In this document: one piece after another, positions 16,076 through 16,793 of the stretch
Position numbering within the stretch: position 1 is the first letter of the stretch
Layout: each line of letters opens with the position of its first letter
Source: Candidatus Krumholzibacteriota bacterium
Lineage (GTDB): Bacteria; Krumholzibacteriota; Krumholzibacteriia; LZORAL124-64-63
Reading direction: 5' to 3'
Length of the DNA: 16,793 nucleotides
Assembly: GCA_039714075.1 (NCBI GenBank)
Contig: JBDLKA010000080.1
Span: 1 to 16,793 of the forward strand
The notes under the pieces: model-generated
Databases searched by the model: none
Seen by the model: only the letters and a program-made list of their open reading frames with translations
Told to the model about the DNA's origin: nothing
Made by a program: the position numbers and the translations under genes

Positions 16076-16793
16076 TCAAAGCCCCCGCAGGTAATCAGGT
16101 CGCAGATCGTTTTCATCCCGGCCGGCCAAAACCCGGTTCAGGGCGTCCAGGGCCTTGCCGCGGTCCGCGGGCAGGTTGAGGCTCAGGGGCAGATAATTGC
16201 TGGCATGGTTGGAATGGAACCGGCAGCGGGAAAAGCGGCTGTCCCGCACCAGGACCCGCAACTCCTCCAGCAGGCCCCAGCGGTCCGGCAGGGTGAACCG
16301 GCCCTCGTCCTGCTCGGCGGCCAGGGGAGTGCCGGGAACGACGGTCGTCGTCAGGGCGCCCACGAAAGGGGGGTCCATGGCCGTGAGTATTTCCGCGGTT
16401 TTGGCCGCGTGGCGCGCGGACCCTTCGGCGCCGCCCAGTCCCAGCATGACCATCACCGAGTGGCGGATGCCGGCTGCGCGCAGGCGGTCGGCGGCGGCGA
16501 CGGCTTCGGCCGCGGTCGATCCCTTGACCACCCGTGCGAGGACCGCGTCGTCACCGCTTTCCACTCCGTGGTAGACGATGCCGAGGCCCAGGTCCTTCAA
16601 CCGCGCCAACTCGGCGGGCTCTTTGCGCAGAATGCTGCGCGCGTCACCGTAAATGCCCACCCGCCGCACGGTGGGGATTTTTTCGCGCAGAAGTCCCAGG
16701 ATTCCGGCCAGGTGATCGGTGGGCAGAATGAGGGCGTCGCCGTCGCAAAGAAACACTCGGCGGATGGGAATTCCGGCGGCGCTGAAACGCGCG
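16076..16793 (-). CDS. Radical SAM superfamily protein, C-terminal part; 5' end lies outside the window
   Basis: The frame stays open to the window edge (...ARFSAAGIPIRRVFLCDGDAL). RVFLCDGDAL, YHGVESGDD, MLGLGG, VPGTPL, FHSNHASNYL and a C-terminal LRGL fit a common ~290-aa radical SAM family. The CxxxCxxC motif would be upstream and is not visible. Confidence 0.8.
   Translation of the reverse strand, partial: ARFSAAGIPIRRVFLCDGDALILPTDHLAGILGLLREKIPTVRRVGIYGDARSILRKEPAELARLKDLGLGIVYHGVESGDDAVLARVVKGSTAAEAVAAADRLRAAGIRHSVMVMLGLGGAEGSARHAAKTAEILTAMDPPFVGALTTTVVPGTPLAAEQDEGRFTLPDRWGLLEELRVLVRDSRFSRCRFHSNHASNYLPLSLNLPADRGKALDALNRVLAGRDENDLRPDYLRGL

Overview
GC-rich bacterial chromosomal window with about 16 genes and no mobile element, RNA gene or CRISPR array that I can support. 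From left to right: (1) a minus-strand 2-oxoacid (pyruvate or branched-chain) dehydrogenase operon, E1alpha-E1beta-E2, with E2 cut by the window edge; (2) a divergent non-heme ferritin; (3) a secreted protein with Asp-rich Ca-binding-like loops and a C-terminal FlgD-Ig/T9SS-like tail, bracketed by two identical 22-bp perfect palindromes; (4) a three-gene archaeal-type operon of HMG-CoA synthase, thiolase and DUF35 Zn-ribbon/OB protein; (5) an orphan single-pass membrane protein behind an AT-rich promoter with a palindromic operator; (6) a lipoprotein plus NimA/PNPOx-like flavoprotein pair; (7) phosphomannomutase; (8) a ~590-aa uncharacterised protein with FMN TIM-barrel-like motifs and a Cys cluster; (9) a cytoplasmic PAS-PAS histidine kinase with a receiver-only response regulator; (10) a truncated radical SAM-like gene. 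The standout is the archaeal-style thiolase/HMGCS/DUF35 module in a clearly bacterial context (sigma70 promoters, lipobox lipoprotein, FlgD-tail protein). The FlgD tail suggests an FCB-related candidate phylum such as Krumholzibacteriota or Latescibacterota, which is inference only. All family calls come from motif recognition by eye; no database searches were run.
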